Below, one piece after another: positions 8,649 through 18,076 of a stretch of DNA of 24,000 nucleotides; the stretch's first letter is position 1, and each line of letters starts with the position of its first letter. A program made the translations under genes and the position numbers. A model generated the notes under the pieces. The model made no database searches, was not told the origin of the DNA, and saw only the letters and a list, made by a program, of their open reading frames with translations. Source of the stretch: an uncultured Alphaproteobacteria bacterium (GTDB taxonomy: Bacteria > Pseudomonadota > Alphaproteobacteria > UBA7887); NCBI GenBank assembly GCA_913044255.1, contig CAJWOI010000001.1, positions 1,084 to 25,083 of the forward strand, given 5' to 3'.

Positions 8649-10214
8649 CTATTCGCCCAACGTTCGACGTTGCGCACCCCCAACTAATGTCACCGCCACC
8701 AGTAAAACCACAAACAACACGATAGGGATGTTCCCGTGTTGACCGTAGAATGTGGCTTCTATTAAGGGCATTGGCAATTCCGTGTCGAGGACACCCGTCT
8801 CCCCCAAACCTAGAGACGCTACAACGCGGCCGTGCGCATCGATGGCCGCCGAAATACCCGTGTTTGCCGCACGAATTAGCGGAAGACCCTCCTCCACTGA
8901 TCGAAATTTTGTTTGCACCAAATGCTGATACGGACCCGCACTGTTTCCATACCAGGCATCATTGGTAAGATTAAGCAGCCATTCCGGGCGTCTCGATTCA
9001 TCAATAACATCCCCAGGAAAAATTGCTTCAAAACAAATTAACAGCCCGACCGATGGCAGACTTGGCAAGTCAAGAGTTTGTTGGCCTGTACCACGAGAAT
9101 AATCCCGACTGCCGTGCACTAACTTAGCAAAAGGCAACCAGTCTCGAAGCGGCACATATTCACCGAAAGGAACCAGCCGCATCTTGTTGTATGAGCCAAC
9201 TATATCGCCGGCAAATGATATCGCATGCAAGCTGTTCCATATCCGCAGTGGCTCCTCCCCTTTTTCAGACATACTGATTGCACCCGTTATTAGCAGTCCT
9301 TCGGGTGGCGTTGCCGAACCTATCATCTCACGAATAGGAGGGTTCCATTCCACTGCGTACGGCGTAGCCGTTTCGGGCCATATTACATGCGTGATTTGCC
9401 GTGTCGCAGGCACTTGAGTCAGCGTCAGATGTTCAACGAAATGTGCTTCGCGTAAATCGGGGAGCCACTTATGATGTTGCGCGATGTTGGCCTGCACTAT
9501 TCGCAATCGCACATCTTCTACCACGTCAAGGGATACATTACTTAGACGCAGTGCTCCACCCGCCCATATCGCCGAAAGCCCGACTGCTGCAACACCTATC
9601 CATGTCCAGCGGCGCCATGCAATAGGTTGTTCCGACCTGACGAGAGTCATTGGAGAAGCGGCACAAAAAACTGTGACCGCACTTACACCAAACACTCCGG
9701 TTACCGCCGCCAGTTGGATCATAGCATCGGAGAAGCCCCAGGCGTAGCCAATAAGATTCCAAGGGAACCCCCCCAGAATAAAAAAGCTTCGTCCCCACTC
9801 TGCGAGTGTCCATAAGCTTGCAAACAACACAACCTGAGAAACGCCAGAAAGCCGTGCTATATTGCAGACGGCTCCCACTAGAGCAATGGATAAGGCGGCC
9901 GTTGCTGCAAGTGCTGCGACAGCCAAAATTCCTGCAAACACACCAACATCGGCTACAACAAATGAATTACCGACCCAATAAAACCCTGCTACAAAATGAC
10001 CGAAACCAAACCACCAGCCTATTATGAACGCAGCCCTGAGGCTGGCGGCACTGGTGCAAAATAACAATAAACCAGTAAGCGCCGGAACTAAAACAGGAAC
10101 CATGTGGGTGGGCGCAAATGCCAGACTGCCTATAGCGCCAAGTAAACCGGCGACTGCCCATAACTTCCATCCTGACAGGCCAATCAAAACTGCATAGAAA
10201 CGGTCCCCTGACAC
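8649..10214 (-). CDS. lnt: apolipoprotein N-acyltransferase
   Basis: 521-aa ORF with a multi-TM N-terminal half and a C-terminal CN-hydrolase domain. The domain includes the catalytic-Cys context GLLICFEAIFP. Last gene of the conserved ybeZ-ybeY-corC-lnt cluster. GTG start. Confidence 0.93.
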   Translation of the reverse strand: MSGDRFYAVLIGLSGWKLWAVAGLLGAIGSLAFAPTHMVPVLVPALTGLLLFCTSAASLRAAFIIGWWFGFGHFVAGFYWVGNSFVVADVGVFAGILAVAALAATAALSIALVGAVCNIARLSGVSQVVLFASLWTLAEWGRSFFILGGFPWNLIGYAWGFSDAMIQLAAVTGVFGVSAVTVFCAASPMTLVRSEQPIAWRRWTWIGVAAVGLSAIWAGGALRLSNVSLDVVEDVRLRIVQANIAQHHKWLPDLREAHFVEHLTLTQVPATRQITHVIWPETATPYAVEWNPPIREMIGSATPPEGLLITGAISMSEKGEEPLRIWNSLHAISFAGDIVGSYNKMRLVPFGEYVPLRDWLPFAKLVHGSRDYSRGTGQQTLDLPSLPSVGLLICFEAIFPGDVIDESRRPEWLLNLTNDAWYGNSAGPYQHLVQTKFRSVEEGLPLIRAANTGISAAIDAHGRVVASLGLGETGVLDTELPMPLIEATFYGQHGNIPIVLFVVLLVAVTLVGGAQRRTLGE

Positions 10215-10222
10215 CGACCGTG

Positions 10223-11167
10223 CTAAACTTTCTCGTTAACTGCGACAGGTGGCGCAGTATCGCGGTCCAATTTGAGATGCACACGCAGCCGCCGGATTCT
10301 GCGTGGATCGGCATCGACAACTTCAAAGGTCATGCCCGACGGGTGAGCAATCAGCTCTCCTCGTAATGGCACCCTTCCCGCCAATTCGCATACTAAGCCA
10401 CCCAATGTATCAATTTCCTCGTCTCGCGCGTCCGGCAAAAGGTCAATGCCACATTTGGACTCTAAATCAGGAACTGGCACCCGAGCATCCGCGTCAAAAA
10501 GCCCGTCCGCGCGCATCGAAAGCCTTGGCTCTATCGTCCGGTCATGCTCATCTTCTATCTCACCAACGATTTCCTCTACCAGATCCTCAATAGTAACCAG
10601 TCCATCCGTCCCACCATATTCGTCGATTACTAGCGCCAAATGAATTTTAGTTGCCCTCATTTCTAGAAGCAGTTCTTGGATAGGCATGGATGGTGGAACA
10701 AACAATAGAGAACGGATAATTGAAGAAATTTCAAAATCATTATCCCGGCCCCTGAATGTGAGTACATCTCGAATATGAACCATACCCGCGACATCATCGA
10801 GCGTCCCTCGGTGAACCGGCACCCGTGAATGACCTTGTTCACAAATTAAAGAAATCAAATGTTCAAGCGATATATCTGCAGGAATTGCGACAATATCTGC
10901 ACGAGGCACCATCACGTCCGCAACATCAAGACGCCCGAAATCCAATAAATTTCGAAACATAGTGCGTTCTTCTGCTTCGCCAGGAAGACCGTCGTCGTGA
11001 TGTTCTTCAATCAGTTCCTCAATTGATTCCCTGAAGGTCGGCTCGCTGGAACGATCACCCAATATTGTTCGCAAACTCCGCCACAGGTGCAGTGGCGCAA
11101 GTCCTTTTAGCCCAGTTTTTACCGCATGCATTGCACTAAGAAACGAGGACCGCGTTATCATTGTCAT
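10223..11167 (-). CDS. corC: CBS-pair plus CorC/HlyC transporter-associated domain protein (CorC/YbeX/TlyC family)
   Basis: 314-aa ORF. The CBS-pair region ([15 protein letters not shown]...GHSRVPV) is followed by the CorC_HlyC-type C-terminus. ATGA overlap with the ybeY stop. The synteny is identical to E. coli ybeY-ybeX-lnt. Confidence 0.88.
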   Translation of the reverse strand: MTMITRSSFLSAMHAVKTGLKGLAPLHLWRSLRTILGDRSSEPTFRESIEELIEEHHDDGLPGEAEERTMFRNLLDFGRLDVADVMVPRADIVAIPADISLEHLISLICEQGHSRVPVHRGTLDDVAGMVHIRDVLTFRGRDNDFEISSIIRSLLFVPPSMPIQELLLEMRATKIHLALVIDEYGGTDGLVTIEDLVEEIVGEIEDEHDRTIEPRLSMRADGLFDADARVPVPDLESKCGIDLLPDARDEEIDTLGGLVCELAGRVPLRGELIAHPSGMTFEVVDADPRRIRRLRVHLKLDRDTAPPVAVNEKV

Positions 11168-11685
11168 AACCTGGTAAACTCTACACTAGCATTATCGGAA
11201 AATGGGTCACCGATGCCCAGCCGAGCTAGAGATGATACCTCAAGTCTTTCCATGGCAGCGGCCTCCGGAGACGCCTTATGGTCAAACCCGAGAAGATGCA
11301 AAGCGCCATGGACGAGTAGATGAGCCATATGGGATCTGATTGACTTAATTCCGCGTTTTGCCTCATGGTCGACCCGATCAAATGACATTGCGATGTCACC
11401 CCACATCACTGGCCCATGCTCCTCCGCACCGTATGATGGCTGCATACGGACTGGAAATGACAGTACGTTAGTCGGTCCTTCTCGACCACGATACTGTGAA
11501 TTTAACATGCCCATAGCCGAATCGTTTGTCAGAAGCACGCTCACCTCCCCGTATGCCCTTTGTCCCACCGACGCGAAAGAGGCCTCAACAGCACGTTCAC
11601 ATAAATCATGAACATCAAAAGGAAGTTCAGACCAACGGCGCTCATCAATACGTAGCGACACCAATGCAATGCTCTGGGCACGCAT
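11164..11685 (-). CDS. ybeY: rRNA maturation endoribonuclease YbeY
   Basis: 173-aa ORF containing the zinc-binding signature HLLVHGALHLLGFDH. TGATG overlap with the phoH stop. Confidence 0.95.
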   Translation of the reverse strand: MRAQSIALVSLRIDERRWSELPFDVHDLCERAVEASFASVGQRAYGEVSVLLTNDSAMGMLNSQYRGREGPTNVLSFPVRMQPSYGAEEHGPVMWGDIAMSFDRVDHEAKRGIKSIRSHMAHLLVHGALHLLGFDHKASPEAAAMERLEVSSLARLGIGDPFSDNASVEFTRL

Positions 11686-12722
11686 CAGTTCTTATGGGAC
11701 TTACCAGCAGGATCACGAGAGCTATGGTGAGCTGCATAGCTTCCTTCGTGTGCATCGTAAGCCTTGACAATTTTCGTTACCAAAGAGTGCCGAACAACGT
11801 CGGTATCGGCAAACTTGACAACTTTACTATCTTCCAATTCGCCGACTATTGACAACCCATGTGCCAAACCACTTTGCATGCCTCTCGGCAAATCAATCTG
11901 CGATAAATCACCAGTTACCGCCATACGTGAGTTCTCACCGAGCCGAGTCAAAAACATCTTCATCTGAACTGGCGTTGTATTTTGCGCCTCGTCTAAAATT
12001 ACAAAAGCATTTGATAGCGTCCGGCCACGCATAAAGGCTAGGGGCGCAACCTCAATGTCGCCTCCATGCAAATAATTGTTAACCTTATCCGCAGGCATCA
12101 TATCGTAAAGTGCGTCATAAAGTGGCCGGAGATAAGGGTCAACTTTATCCCGGAGATCGCCGGGCAAAAATCCAAGCCTTTCTCCCGCTTCCACCGCAGG
12201 CCTCGACAATACTAATCGCTCAACATGGCCTCGCGCCATTAATGATAAAGCTACCGCCACAGCCAAATATGTCTTCCCTGTCCCCGCCGGGCCAATTCCA
12301 AATACGAGCTCTGCGTCCATTAATGCACGTACATATCTTGTCTGATTCGACGACCGCGGCAAAATCGTCCGCCTCGGTGTTCGGATGACGGACCTGTTTT
12401 TGGGGTCCTCTGCTTGACCCGAAACGTCATTGGAGGCAGTCCTCAGAACTGCCTCCACCTCGGCAATGTCAACAGGCAATTCACGCTTGAGCATGTCGTA
12501 CAACTCAAGGAAAACTTTTTTGGCCGCATTGGTTGCATCCGCTGAACCAGACAGAGCTACATGATTTCCTCTACTTGTGACCCAAACACCGAAAGCCTGT
12601 TCTATACGGGCAAGATGCTGGTCATGCTCACCAAATAAGGCAGGCAGCAAACTGTTATCATCAAATGTTAGATAGAGTGAGGCTTCACCCTCATGTGCAG
12701 CTGAAAATGCAGAAGACGACAT
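11685..12722 (-). CDS. ybeZ: PhoH-like ATPase (YbeZ)
   Basis: Has Walker A GPAGTGKT and a Walker B-like VILDEAQN. Preferred start is ATG 12722, which shares one base with the miaB stop (TGATG). The track's start at 12758 adds 12 aa and a 37-nt overlap. Confidence 0.92.
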   Translation of the reverse strand: MSSSAFSAAHEGEASLYLTFDDNSLLPALFGEHDQHLARIEQAFGVWVTSRGNHVALSGSADATNAAKKVFLELYDMLKRELPVDIAEVEAVLRTASNDVSGQAEDPKNRSVIRTPRRTILPRSSNQTRYVRALMDAELVFGIGPAGTGKTYLAVAVALSLMARGHVERLVLSRPAVEAGERLGFLPGDLRDKVDPYLRPLYDALYDMMPADKVNNYLHGGDIEVAPLAFMRGRTLSNAFVILDEAQNTTPVQMKMFLTRLGENSRMAVTGDLSQIDLPRGMQSGLAHGLSIVGELEDSKVVKFADTDVVRHSLVTKIVKAYDAHEGSYAAHHSSRDPAGKSHKN

Positions 12723-14191
12723 CAAAAAGCATGCTCCTTTGTCAAGGTATCGGCACACAAACGACTGTCTACTAGCCCTCCAAGGCTATTGGCACAGCTA
12801 TCCACAACCTTCACCTTGATGAGATCACCGATGTTAGGCGATACAGAGCCATTTCCCGGTTTTACGTGAACGGCTTGGAGATAGGGGCTACGGCCAACCA
12901 ATTGCCCCGGATGACGACCGGGTTTTTCTACCAACACTTCCAAGCACCGTCCGATCATTGAGTCATTGAACTTTTTTTGCTGGTCCGCCAGTAAAGATTG
13001 AAGCTCCATCAATCGCTTGGTCTTAACCGCTTCATCCACATGGCTTCCCTTGGATGCTGCTGGCGTTCCGGGACGGGCACTGTATTTGAACGAATACGCT
13101 TGTGCGAAACCAACTCGTGCAGCGAGAGCCAGGGTTGCTTCAAACTCTGCATCCGTCTCACCCGGAAACCCGACAATGAAGTCTGTCGAGAATGCGATGT
13201 CGGGACGGGAACTCTGAAGACGATCGACTAAGCGAAGATAATCATCAACACTATAACCACGGTTCATCTCAGTTAATATGCGGTCGGAACCAGACTGCAC
13301 GGGCAGATGCAGCGAAGGCATTAAAGCCGGCACCTTTCCGTGAGCTTCAATCAGGGATAAGTCCATATCACGGGGATGCGAGGTGGTGTAGCGAATACGC
13401 GCTAGTCCCTTAACGTCTGCAAGACGTTCTATTAGCCCACTCAGAGATGAAATTTCTTGGTGATCACCTGCTCCATGATAGGCGTTAACGTTTTGCCCCA
13501 ACAATGTGATTTCCCGAACGCCACCTTCTACTAGCATTTTGGCTTCGACAATCAATTCGGCCACCGGCCGAGAGTATTCCGCTCCACGAGTATAAGGAAC
13601 AACACAGAAGGTACAGAATTTATCGCAGCCTTCTTGGACCGACAGGAATGCGCTGACACCTCGAACGCTCCGAGTTGTCGGCAAATGATCGAACTTAGGT
13701 TCAACCGGAAATTCTGTGAGAAACACTGGTCCGTTTCCCGCGCCTTCCGCCCTAGCAATCAATTCAGGCAGGCGATGATAAGTCTGCGGGCCAACGACAA
13801 TGTCGACTTGTGGAATACGGCTAACAATCTCTTCGCCTGCGGCCTGTGCTACGCACCCGGCTACAGTTATGATCATACGGCCACCCGCTGCCTCCTGGCG
13901 CTTTTTGAACTCCCGCAATCGCCCCAACTCAGAGAACAGCTTTTCACTTGCCTTTTCACGGATATGGCAAGTGTTGAGGACCACAACATCCGCCTTTTCC
14001 GGACTTGCCACCCGCTCGTAGCCGAGCGGCGTCAATAACTCTGACATCCGGTCAGAGTCATAGACATTCATCTGGCACCCAAATGTTTTTATAAAAAGCG
14101 ACTTAGGCCTTGGCCACGGCCCGGCTTGCGTTTTCCGCTTCGCGGGCACTTTCTGCGCCTCAGGCTCGTTCACGATGGTCTTTGTATACAC
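12722..14191 (-). CDS. miaB: tRNA-i6A37 methylthiotransferase MiaB
   Basis: 489-aa ORF with the N-terminal UPF0004 motif ([14 protein letters not shown]), a radical-SAM CxxxCxxC ([11 protein letters not shown]) and a C-terminal TRAM region. GTG start, so the exact start is somewhat uncertain. Confidence 0.95.
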   Translation of the reverse strand: MYTKTIVNEPEAQKVPAKRKTQAGPWPRPKSLFIKTFGCQMNVYDSDRMSELLTPLGYERVASPEKADVVVLNTCHIREKASEKLFSELGRLREFKKRQEAAGGRMIITVAGCVAQAAGEEIVSRIPQVDIVVGPQTYHRLPELIARAEGAGNGPVFLTEFPVEPKFDHLPTTRSVRGVSAFLSVQEGCDKFCTFCVVPYTRGAEYSRPVAELIVEAKMLVEGGVREITLLGQNVNAYHGAGDHQEISSLSGLIERLADVKGLARIRYTTSHPRDMDLSLIEAHGKVPALMPSLHLPVQSGSDRILTEMNRGYSVDDYLRLVDRLQSSRPDIAFSTDFIVGFPGETDAEFEATLALAARVGFAQAYSFKYSARPGTPAASKGSHVDEAVKTKRLMELQSLLADQQKKFNDSMIGRCLEVLVEKPGRHPGQLVGRSPYLQAVHVKPGNGSVSPNIGDLIKVKVVDSCANSLGGLVDSRLCADTLTKEHAF

Positions 14192-14290
14192 TCACCACGT
14201 TCTGTTTCACTTTGCTGACCCCAAATACTTCCGAAACCTTGGGCGCACAGGGGCCACAACCACCTCAAAACAAAGGATTTCAATGCTCTA

Positions 14291-14318
14291 ACTCTAGCAC
14301 CGGACCATACCCTGTCAA
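14291..14318 (-). promoter_or_regulatory. Candidate sigma70-type promoter for miaB-ybeZ-ybeY-corC-lnt
   Basis: The minus strand reads TTGACA (14318..14313), a 16-nt spacer, then TAGAGT (14296..14291). It lies about 100 nt upstream of the miaB start. Pattern match only. Confidence 0.35.
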
Positions 14319-14326
14319 GCTGAGGC

Positions 14327-15172
14327 CTATATTGACCGAATTGGCCGTCCGCTCAGCATGTCGGAAACACACGTCGCCACCAGCAACTGACAGTGCCTTG
14401 CCATCTCTTTGCGCGACCCGCACGTTTCGATAGTTACCGGTGGCAAAAAAGCGATCTCGACAGTTACTGTACTTTGGCCTAGCACCGACCATAAATGTCC
14501 TACAAGGTGCATGTCGCCGTACCAGGCAAAAAGCGGGCGGCGACTTCTGCCCACAGGCAGACCATTAAGTCTCGTATATGCGATCGCTACTGGCTGCACA
14601 GTAGTTGGATCAGTCAGAATTCTATTCTCCGCAACACTAAAAAAGGTACTGCTAAAATCAAGCACTCGATTTCCGTCGTTACTGGTACCTTCAGGAAATA
14701 GAATAAGACTATGGCCGGCCGCAAGACGACGATGCATTTCGTCGCGATATTCCCGGCTCCGGCGCGCGTTACGCTGAACGAAGACCGTGCGATTGAGCCG
14801 AGCCAAAAGTCCAAATCCAGGCCACCCAGCCACCTCTTGTTTGGCAACGAACGTGGCCTTTACTTGTGCAGCTAAAACCACAATATCTAGGTAAGAAGTA
14901 TGATTAGACACAAACAGTACAGGTCTATCGCTGCTGGGACAGCCGTGACAAAGCACCCGCAACCCTAGAATAAGGCAGTTTCCGCGATGATATATTTGCG
15001 GAACAAACCAGCTCAGCTGCGTGTCGAATTTAAGCGAAATTGCCTGGATAGGTAGCCAAAACAAAGTCCAAACCAGAAACGCCACGGCGCGAACTGAAGC
15101 AACGGCGTGCGCCAATCCGCTCATAATGTCAGGACGTTCAAGCGGTGTTAACCGGACGTCGGTTGCCTTCAT
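14327..15172 (-). CDS. olsA: lysophospholipid/lyso-ornithine-lipid O-acyltransferase (PlsC family, OlsA-like)
   Basis: Has the acyltransferase HX4D motif (NHTSYLD) and an FPEGT motif, with an N-terminal TM segment. It lies immediately after the OlsB-like gene. ATG 15172 overlaps the olsB end by 35 nt, and ATG 15124 is an alternative start. Confidence 0.8.
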   Translation of the reverse strand: MKATDVRLTPLERPDIMSGLAHAVASVRAVAFLVWTLFWLPIQAISLKFDTQLSWFVPQIYHRGNCLILGLRVLCHGCPSSDRPVLFVSNHTSYLDIVVLAAQVKATFVAKQEVAGWPGFGLLARLNRTVFVQRNARRSREYRDEMHRRLAAGHSLILFPEGTSNDGNRVLDFSSTFFSVAENRILTDPTTVQPVAIAYTRLNGLPVGRSRRPLFAWYGDMHLVGHLWSVLGQSTVTVEIAFLPPVTIETCGSRKEMARHCQLLVATCVSDMLSGRPIRSI

Positions 15173-15959
15173 AATGTTGTCGATACTTTCCGGTAACGCG
15201 CTCTGTCTTTACCACAACGCACACATCTGTGGTCTGAAATTGCTCGTCTACGACAGCTCCGTAGCCCACAAAACAACCGACTCGTAGGTAACCCTTAATT
15301 AGGGGTGGTAACAGCTCGCGGGCCAGCCGTTTTTCGATATGTACCTTCGGGATGCGGTCCATCGGAGTATGAAGGTGTTCTAGCGCACGCGGTCGTAAAC
15401 CGTCTGGAGCCAGGTGAAAATGATGCAAGTACGAAAGTGGCAGCGCCAATTTTTCCGGATTCGTTCCTGCGAGACTCGCACACCCAAACATCCAGGAAAT
15501 ATCGTGGCGGAACACGTAGGCCGCAATGCCGCGCCACAAAAGGGCCATTGTATGACCGGTACGGTAGTCCGCCGCAACGCAAGACCGCCCAAGCTCAAGA
15601 ACTTCGCCTTTTTGCTCGGTAATTTGGGTGATATCGTATTCACTGGCCGTATAAAAACCACCAGCGTGGGCAGCATTCTCTCTCCGGCTCAACCGATAGG
15701 TGCCCACCACGGAATCATATAAACCTGCTCGACAATTGTCGATTACCATTAGGTGCTCACAGGCTGAGTCAAAATTATCAAAGTCACGCTGGCGGGTAGC
15801 CATTTCACGACTCGGGATCGCATTCATTTCGTTGTAAAATACCTGGTATCGAAGAGCCTGAGATGCATCGACCTCATCCGGCGACGAAGCAAGTCTAACC
15901 TCAAGGTCTCCTGACCTAATGCCGTAACTTAAATCATCAACTTGTTCCGCTGTAGCCAT
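15138..15959 (-). CDS. olsB: GNAT-family N-acyltransferase, ornithine-lipid synthase OlsB-like
   Basis: 273-aa ORF. The N-terminal region (LEVRLASSPDEVDASQALRYQVFYNEMNA) and overall length resemble OlsB/hemolysin-like N-acyl amino acid synthases. It pairs with a PlsC-type acyltransferase, as in olsBA operons. Confidence 0.75.
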   Translation of the reverse strand: MATAEQVDDLSYGIRSGDLEVRLASSPDEVDASQALRYQVFYNEMNAIPSREMATRQRDFDNFDSACEHLMVIDNCRAGLYDSVVGTYRLSRRENAAHAGGFYTASEYDITQITEQKGEVLELGRSCVAADYRTGHTMALLWRGIAAYVFRHDISWMFGCASLAGTNPEKLALPLSYLHHFHLAPDGLRPRALEHLHTPMDRIPKVHIEKRLARELLPPLIKGYLRVGCFVGYGAVVDEQFQTTDVCVVVKTERVTGKYRQHYEGNRRPVNTA

Positions 15960-16065
15960 AACTCACTGCACTCGCTCGCTGTATGCGGCCAAAAAGCAAA
16001 TTACTCACACTCTTCGCCTGGTGGGCTCTCACTATATACGAGACTTATGACGCCTACTCACCTTT

Positions 16066-16500
16066 CTAACTATCCCCCGAGTTGTTAGCCTTGTCATCTA
16101 CCCGGGTTCCGTATAGCTCAAGGCGATGGTCCACTAATTTATATCCTAATTGGCGGGCAACCTCACGTTGCAGGCGCTCAATATCAGGGTTCTGGAATTC
16201 AATAACGTTGCCAGATTGCACATCAATTAAATGATCGTGATGTTCTCTAGATGCTTCCTCGTATCTCGCGCGACCATCACCAAAGTCATGTCGATCAAGG
16301 ACATTGCACTCTTCAAATAATCTGATGGTGCGGTACACGGTCGCCATGCTAATCCGCGAATCAATAACGGCCGCCCTCTGATAAACCGCACCCGCATCAG
16401 GATGATCACGCGCGTCAGACAAAACCCGAGCAATAACCCGCCTTTGCTCTGTCATTTTCAGCCCTTTTTTACGACATCGCTTTTCAATTCGTGTGGACAT
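16066..16500 (-). CDS. fur: Fur-family metalloregulator (Fur/Mur type, lacks Cys4 structural site)
   Basis: 144-aa ORF with a winged-helix region (ATVYRTIRLFEECNVL) and the regulatory-site motif HHDHLID...VIEF...DHRLELYG, which parallels E. coli Fur HHHDHLICLDCGKVIEF. There are no CxxC pairs. Confidence 0.9.
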   Translation of the reverse strand: MSTRIEKRCRKKGLKMTEQRRVIARVLSDARDHPDAGAVYQRAAVIDSRISMATVYRTIRLFEECNVLDRHDFGDGRARYEEASREHHDHLIDVQSGNVIEFQNPDIERLQREVARQLGYKLVDHRLELYGTRVDDKANNSGDS

Positions 16501-16661
16501 ACAAACGCACCTTCACAACGCGATCGATTTTAGTAACAACTGGGGCTGTGGTGCGAGCATACGTCACCCCTTATGATCAAACAACCGATGCCTCCCTAAA
16601 CGCAAAAATGCTACAGTGGCGGCAGTCAACAGCGAAGGTAGGCCTGGTATAGGCATGATCG

Positions 16662-16913
16662 ATGACACACGAAAATAAAGACTGCGATCGAGAACTGGAT
16701 ATAACGGACAAAATATGCCCGCTTACGTTCGTGCACGCTCGCCTCGCCGTCGACTCCATGAAACCAGGGGCGGTACTTGCAATTCTCCTGAATGAGGGCG
16801 AACCACTAGAAAATGTGCCACTTTCCCTTAAAGAACTCGGCCATAAAGTACTTTCCCTTAACCCAATCTCTGGCTTGCCCGGAAGTTACCGTATACGCGT
16901 GCTGATCAGATAA
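16662..16913 (+). CDS. TusA/SirA-like small sulfur-carrier family protein
   Basis: 83-aa ORF. LDITDKICPLTFVHARL resembles the TusA LDxxGxxCPxP active-site region, with the Cys retained and the second Pro replaced by Thr. Size is typical of the family. Confidence 0.65.
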   Translation: MTHENKDCDRELDITDKICPLTFVHARLAVDSMKPGAVLAILLNEGEPLENVPLSLKELGHKVLSLNPISGLPGSYRIRVLIR

Positions 16914-16926
16914 AATTCCTCGAAAG

Positions 16927-17427
16927 TCAAACATGTAACATACATCGCATGATATCAGCTGCGATCCTCCTACCCTCCTTTGATTCGTAGTAATCCTCCC
17001 GCCTACCGACCCGAACAAACCCAAACACACGATAAAGCGACTGCGCTGGTTCGTTGCACTCCGCAACCTCAAGCACAGCCGTACTTGCACCACGCATCCG
17101 TGCCTCTGCAAGCAAAGCTGATAATAATTCTCGACCCCGTCCCAACCGCCGTTTTTCGAAGCGAACGCCGATGGACAATATTTCGGCTTCGTCAACAACC
17201 AGGCGACAAATTGCGAAACCCACAGCTTCATCCGATGACCTATCGGCGCCGATCACACCAAAGACACCGGGCATCCGTAGCATTTCCCTGATCGAGTGAT
17301 TGCTTGCAAGCGAGGTAAAGCACTGGCCATACACCCCCACCACCATTTCAACATGGTGTATACTTTTAATTGATAGAATTTTAAGCACCGTCTGTCTCGG
17401 TGTCTGCGGCCTTTGGGGGGATAGCAT
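16927..17427 (-). CDS. rimI: ribosomal protein S18-alanine N-acetyltransferase RimI (GNAT)
   Basis: Has the GNAT acetyl-CoA motif RRLGRGRELL. It follows tsaB directly, the classic tsaB-rimI pair. ATG 17427 overlaps tsaB by 47 nt. GTG 17388 overlaps by only 8 nt and gives an N-terminus that aligns better with RimI, so it is a plausible true start. Confidence 0.85.
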   Translation of the reverse strand: MLSPQRPQTPRQTVLKILSIKSIHHVEMVVGVYGQCFTSLASNHSIREMLRMPGVFGVIGADRSSDEAVGFAICRLVVDEAEILSIGVRFEKRRLGRGRELLSALLAEARMRGASTAVLEVAECNEPAQSLYRVFGFVRVGRREDYYESKEGRRIAADIMRCMLHV

Positions 17428-18076
17428 CTGGAGGTCGTAAATATATGGGGCGCACCGTAGTTGCAGCAGCAGGTGGCCGCGTGCTGGCTATCCGGGCGAC
17501 CACAGCTGCCCGAGGGAAACCATCCCCTGCATCAAACGTTACGTCGCCAGGTGAGGCGGGCGGGCGGAGAAGATAGGGTCGAGCAAGTGCAACTCCGGTC
17601 CCTGCAGCCACGTATGGCCCCTCAGGTACTATAGATTGGATGCATTCGGGAGAAACAACGGATGGGGCGCTAAGCGGCATAAGCATCGAATCGAAGCCTT
17701 GAGCGTAAAGCTGACTTCGACGTGCGTCGAGTATGGCTAACACCGACCGTTGCTCCGATCTAGCCGCGTACGCGACTGCTTCTAACGTCGTAACACCGAT
17801 CATAGGTTTGCACATGGCCAAGGCCAAGCCGCGCGCGGCAGCAAGGCCTATGCGAAGCCCCGTAAACGTTCCTGGACCTATCGTCACCGCGATAGCATCG
17901 AATTGCTCATAACCCAGACCAGACCGCGCAATTGTCGCTGCAATCATCGGTGCCAGCGCTTCAGCGTGACCGCGGCCCAAATGTAGGAAGTCTTCGGCAA
18001 TCACCTTTCCGCATCGCCAACAAGCGACCGAGCATGCTTCAGTCGTCGTATCGAGAGCTAAAATAGTAGGGCTCAT
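17381..18076 (-). CDS. tsaB: tRNA t6A37 biosynthesis protein TsaB
   Basis: The N-terminus ILALDTTTEACSVA matches TsaB/YeaZ (E. coli ILAIDTATEACSVA). It also has the GPGTFTGLRIG motif and is adjacent to rimI. Confidence 0.93.
   Translation of the reverse strand: MSPTILALDTTTEACSVACWRCGKVIAEDFLHLGRGHAEALAPMIAATIARSGLGYEQFDAIAVTIGPGTFTGLRIGLAAARGLALAMCKPMIGVTTLEAVAYAARSEQRSVLAILDARRSQLYAQGFDSMLMPLSAPSVVSPECIQSIVPEGPYVAAGTGVALARPYLLRPPASPGDVTFDAGDGFPRAAVVARIASTRPPAAATTVRPIYLRPPDAIPPKAADTETDGA

Noticed and set aside
16501-16661. Search for a Fur box or other operator palindrome in the fur/TusA-like divergent region (e.g. TTATGATCAAACAA, CGATCGAT).
   Set aside because: Only short or partial matches were found. 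None approaches the 19-bp Fur consensus or forms a convincing extended palindrome.
16944-16965. Inverted repeat ATCGCA-N10-TGCGAT just past the TusA-like stop.
   Set aside because: It lies inside the rimI C-terminal coding sequence, has only a 6-bp stem with a 10-nt loop, and lacks a U-tract on either strand. Evidence is insufficient for a terminator.
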